Source: Candidatus Nomurabacteria bacterium (GTDB lineage: Bacteria > Patescibacteriota > Patescibacteriia > Magasanikbacterales > UBA922). Taken from it: a DNA stretch of 64,000 bases. The notes below the pieces were generated by a model that was not told the DNA's origin, did not search any database, and saw nothing but the letters and a program-made list of their open reading frames with translations. The position numbers were made by a program, and so were the translations under genes. Below, in pieces: positions 62,460-64,000 of this stretch. How positions within the stretch are numbered: position 1 is the stretch's first letter; each line of letters opens with the position of its first letter. The stretch is from NCBI GenBank assembly GCA_020632445.1, contig JACKFN010000005.1, positions 30,786-94,785 of the forward strand. The letters run 5' to 3'.

Positions 62460-63032
62460 TCAGGCAGGGTCAACTGACCGATTGGGTGAGAGAAGGATGA
62501 TGGCGAGGGTGGTGAACTCCGTTATGGAGAAGGAGATTGGCTGCCCAGCGTTGGCAAGGTCCCACGTGGGGACAGCAAGGAGTTGGATGAGGCAGCTCAG
62601 GCTAAACATTGACCACCCCCACTTACTTTCATACTCGGGGCGCTGGTAGGCAGAGAACATTGTGGGTATTCCACCAGCAACCATGGCTACCAGGAACATC
62701 ATCAGCGCAATGTCCCCTTTATCCAGTACGAGCCAGATGCCTGCGCCGATTGAGGCGACAGCCATGCTGGCGATATCGATCCAAGACCATCCTGGCCTGC
62801 CGTGCTTGATCGACAGCAACAGAACGACCGAAGCGCCGGTGACGACTCCGGCCATCATCCAGTTCATACTGCCATTGTCGATCATAGACCCGATGACCAG
62901 GAAGTCCAGGATGACCCATACGATCCAACTCGCTCGGACGGGGCGCGCGCCTTCCTTGAGAATAGCGCGAATGTAGGGGGCAAAGCCCAGAAGAAACACG
63001 ATGCCCGAAGCCATGGAGAGGTATTCTTTCAC
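62460..63032 (-). CDS. Hypothetical polytopic membrane protein (GC-rich island)
   Basis: 190 aa, 5-6 hydrophobic helices; followed on the minus strand by terminator AAAAAAAGCCACTcgcAGTGGCTTTTTTT. Confidence 0.4.
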   Translation of the reverse strand: MKEYLSMASGIVFLLGFAPYIRAILKEGARPVRASWIVWVILDFLVIGSMIDNGSMNWMMAGVVTGASVVLLLSIKHGRPGWSWIDIASMAVASIGAGIWLVLDKGDIALMMFLVAMVAGGIPTMFSAYQRPEYESKWGWSMFSLSCLIQLLAVPTWDLANAGQPISFSITEFTTLAIILLSPNRSVDPA

Positions 63033-63074
63033 GTCTGCGTCTCCGTGTGGTAGGTTCGAGCTATCTTAGCACAA

Positions 63075-63100
63075 AAAACACCGGATGTCAACCGGTGTAT
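63075..63100. terminator. Bidirectional terminator at the distal edge of the tRNA-Ala-adjacent island
   Basis: AAAAAACACCGGatgtcaaCCGGTGTAT. Confidence 0.5.
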
Positions 63101-63116
63101 GCAAAGAAAAAATTTT

Positions 63117-63956
63117 TCACTTTATTTTATGAAAATGCCTGAGTAGCTTTCCTTTGAGACGCTTTGCCTTTTTTTCATTTCGCGATATCACGAGTCGTAT
63201 TTTTCCACGACTCTTCAGTATGGCATTGAACGTTTCGGGAGTGTGCTTGTCGAATTTTTTTTGTTTCAAATAAAATGTATGGATGCATTTGGATATATGG
63301 GTATCAATGTACACCTCAATGAGGAAATCATCCAGAATATTTAAATAGTAATTTTCTTTTTCAAACTGCGGGTACTCAAGCATGTGGTACTGTGACATTT
63401 CATTGTCAAAAAATTTCTTTGCATATGCATCCAGTGGTGTTTTGTATCCTACTGTTACAAAGTATTGTCGTCCCATCTGCGTTACGTTGTCTCGCAGAGC
63501 AATTTCGTTTTGCGGATGTGCAATGAAAAACCACGCATGGGGATTATAGGCAATAAATGGTTCACTCGGCGAAATGCTGGAAAGGAGGATCGTTATGGCA
63601 TGGTTCCAAAAAACATCAGTGGCAATAGCGTCTTTGAAGTGATATGAGATCTTCTCTTTATCTGAGAGTCCGAGAAAGCTTCCTGGTTGACTGTGTTGAT
63701 GTAGGTAGGTTTGCTTGGCGTGCGAAAAGTAATTCTCCATTTCCTGTATCCAACTTGCGTTGAGAGATACTTTTCCTTTTTCTACAACAACCATTTGAGC
63801 AGCGCGCAGTTTGCGAATAGCATAATAGACACCTTGCTTTGTGAGATTGGCGTTTCGTCTTTGGAGAAGTGCTATTAAGTCCAGGATTATCATGGGTTTG
63901 TCCTGCAGGCTTGCGAGCACGTCGTCTTCGATGGTTTTTCGAGTTCCAAATTGCAT
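63117..63956 (-). CDS. Winged-helix regulator of the same general architecture as the TrmB-like family (paralogue 7, divergent)
   Basis: N-terminal wHTH (ILDLIALLQRRNANLTKQGVYYAIRKLRAAQMVVVEKG) plus a roughly 180-aa C-terminal domain; weaker similarity than the other six copies. Confidence 0.45.
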   Translation of the reverse strand: MQFGTRKTIEDDVLASLQDKPMIILDLIALLQRRNANLTKQGVYYAIRKLRAAQMVVVEKGKVSLNASWIQEMENYFSHAKQTYLHQHSQPGSFLGLSDKEKISYHFKDAIATDVFWNHAITILLSSISPSEPFIAYNPHAWFFIAHPQNEIALRDNVTQMGRQYFVTVGYKTPLDAYAKKFFDNEMSQYHMLEYPQFEKENYYLNILDDFLIEVYIDTHISKCIHTFYLKQKKFDKHTPETFNAILKSRGKIRLVISRNEKKAKRLKGKLLRHFHKIK

Positions 63957-64000
63957 AGAGGCTTATGCATACTATACATAAATAGTGATCATTAGTAAAG

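Overview
AT-rich bacterial chromosome segment with the gene content of a reduced-genome organism; a CPR/Patescibacteria-like lineage is my inference, not something the sequence proves. The standard genetic code applies, because TGA is used as a stop by several well-supported genes. The window covers the replication-origin neighbourhood: rpsT, dnaN, a DnaA-box-rich dnaA-dnaN intergenic region that I take to be oriC, dnaA with three tandem DnaA boxes upstream, and holA. Further housekeeping genes include PBP1A, polA, trigger factor, the rpmH-rnpA-yidD cluster, lspA, a dksA-like gene, comM/yifB, rmuC, an ECF sigma/anti-sigma pair, tRNA-Cys(GCA), tRNA-Arg(CCU) and tRNA-Ala(GGC). Three things stand out. 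First, seven paralogous TrmB-like winged-helix regulators, four of them divergently paired with orphan LivJ-type substrate-binding lipoproteins and no ABC permease or ATPase anywhere in the window. Second, at least seven short GC-rich islands, each ending in a conserved CCCACCTTCAA-like motif immediately after the stop codon and before an intrinsic terminator; one island sits next to tRNA-Ala. Third, a four-gene surface-protein cluster with two giant proteins of 1229 and about 2070 aa. I also note a third DnaA-box cluster at 33.4 kb flanked by copies of a TTTGTATACACTAGTGTATACAAA palindrome (five copies in total), a roughly 410-nt GC-rich putative structured RNA with its own terminator, and an HD-domain gene interrupted by an in-frame TGA. 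No CRISPR array, rRNA, transposase or integrase was recognised.
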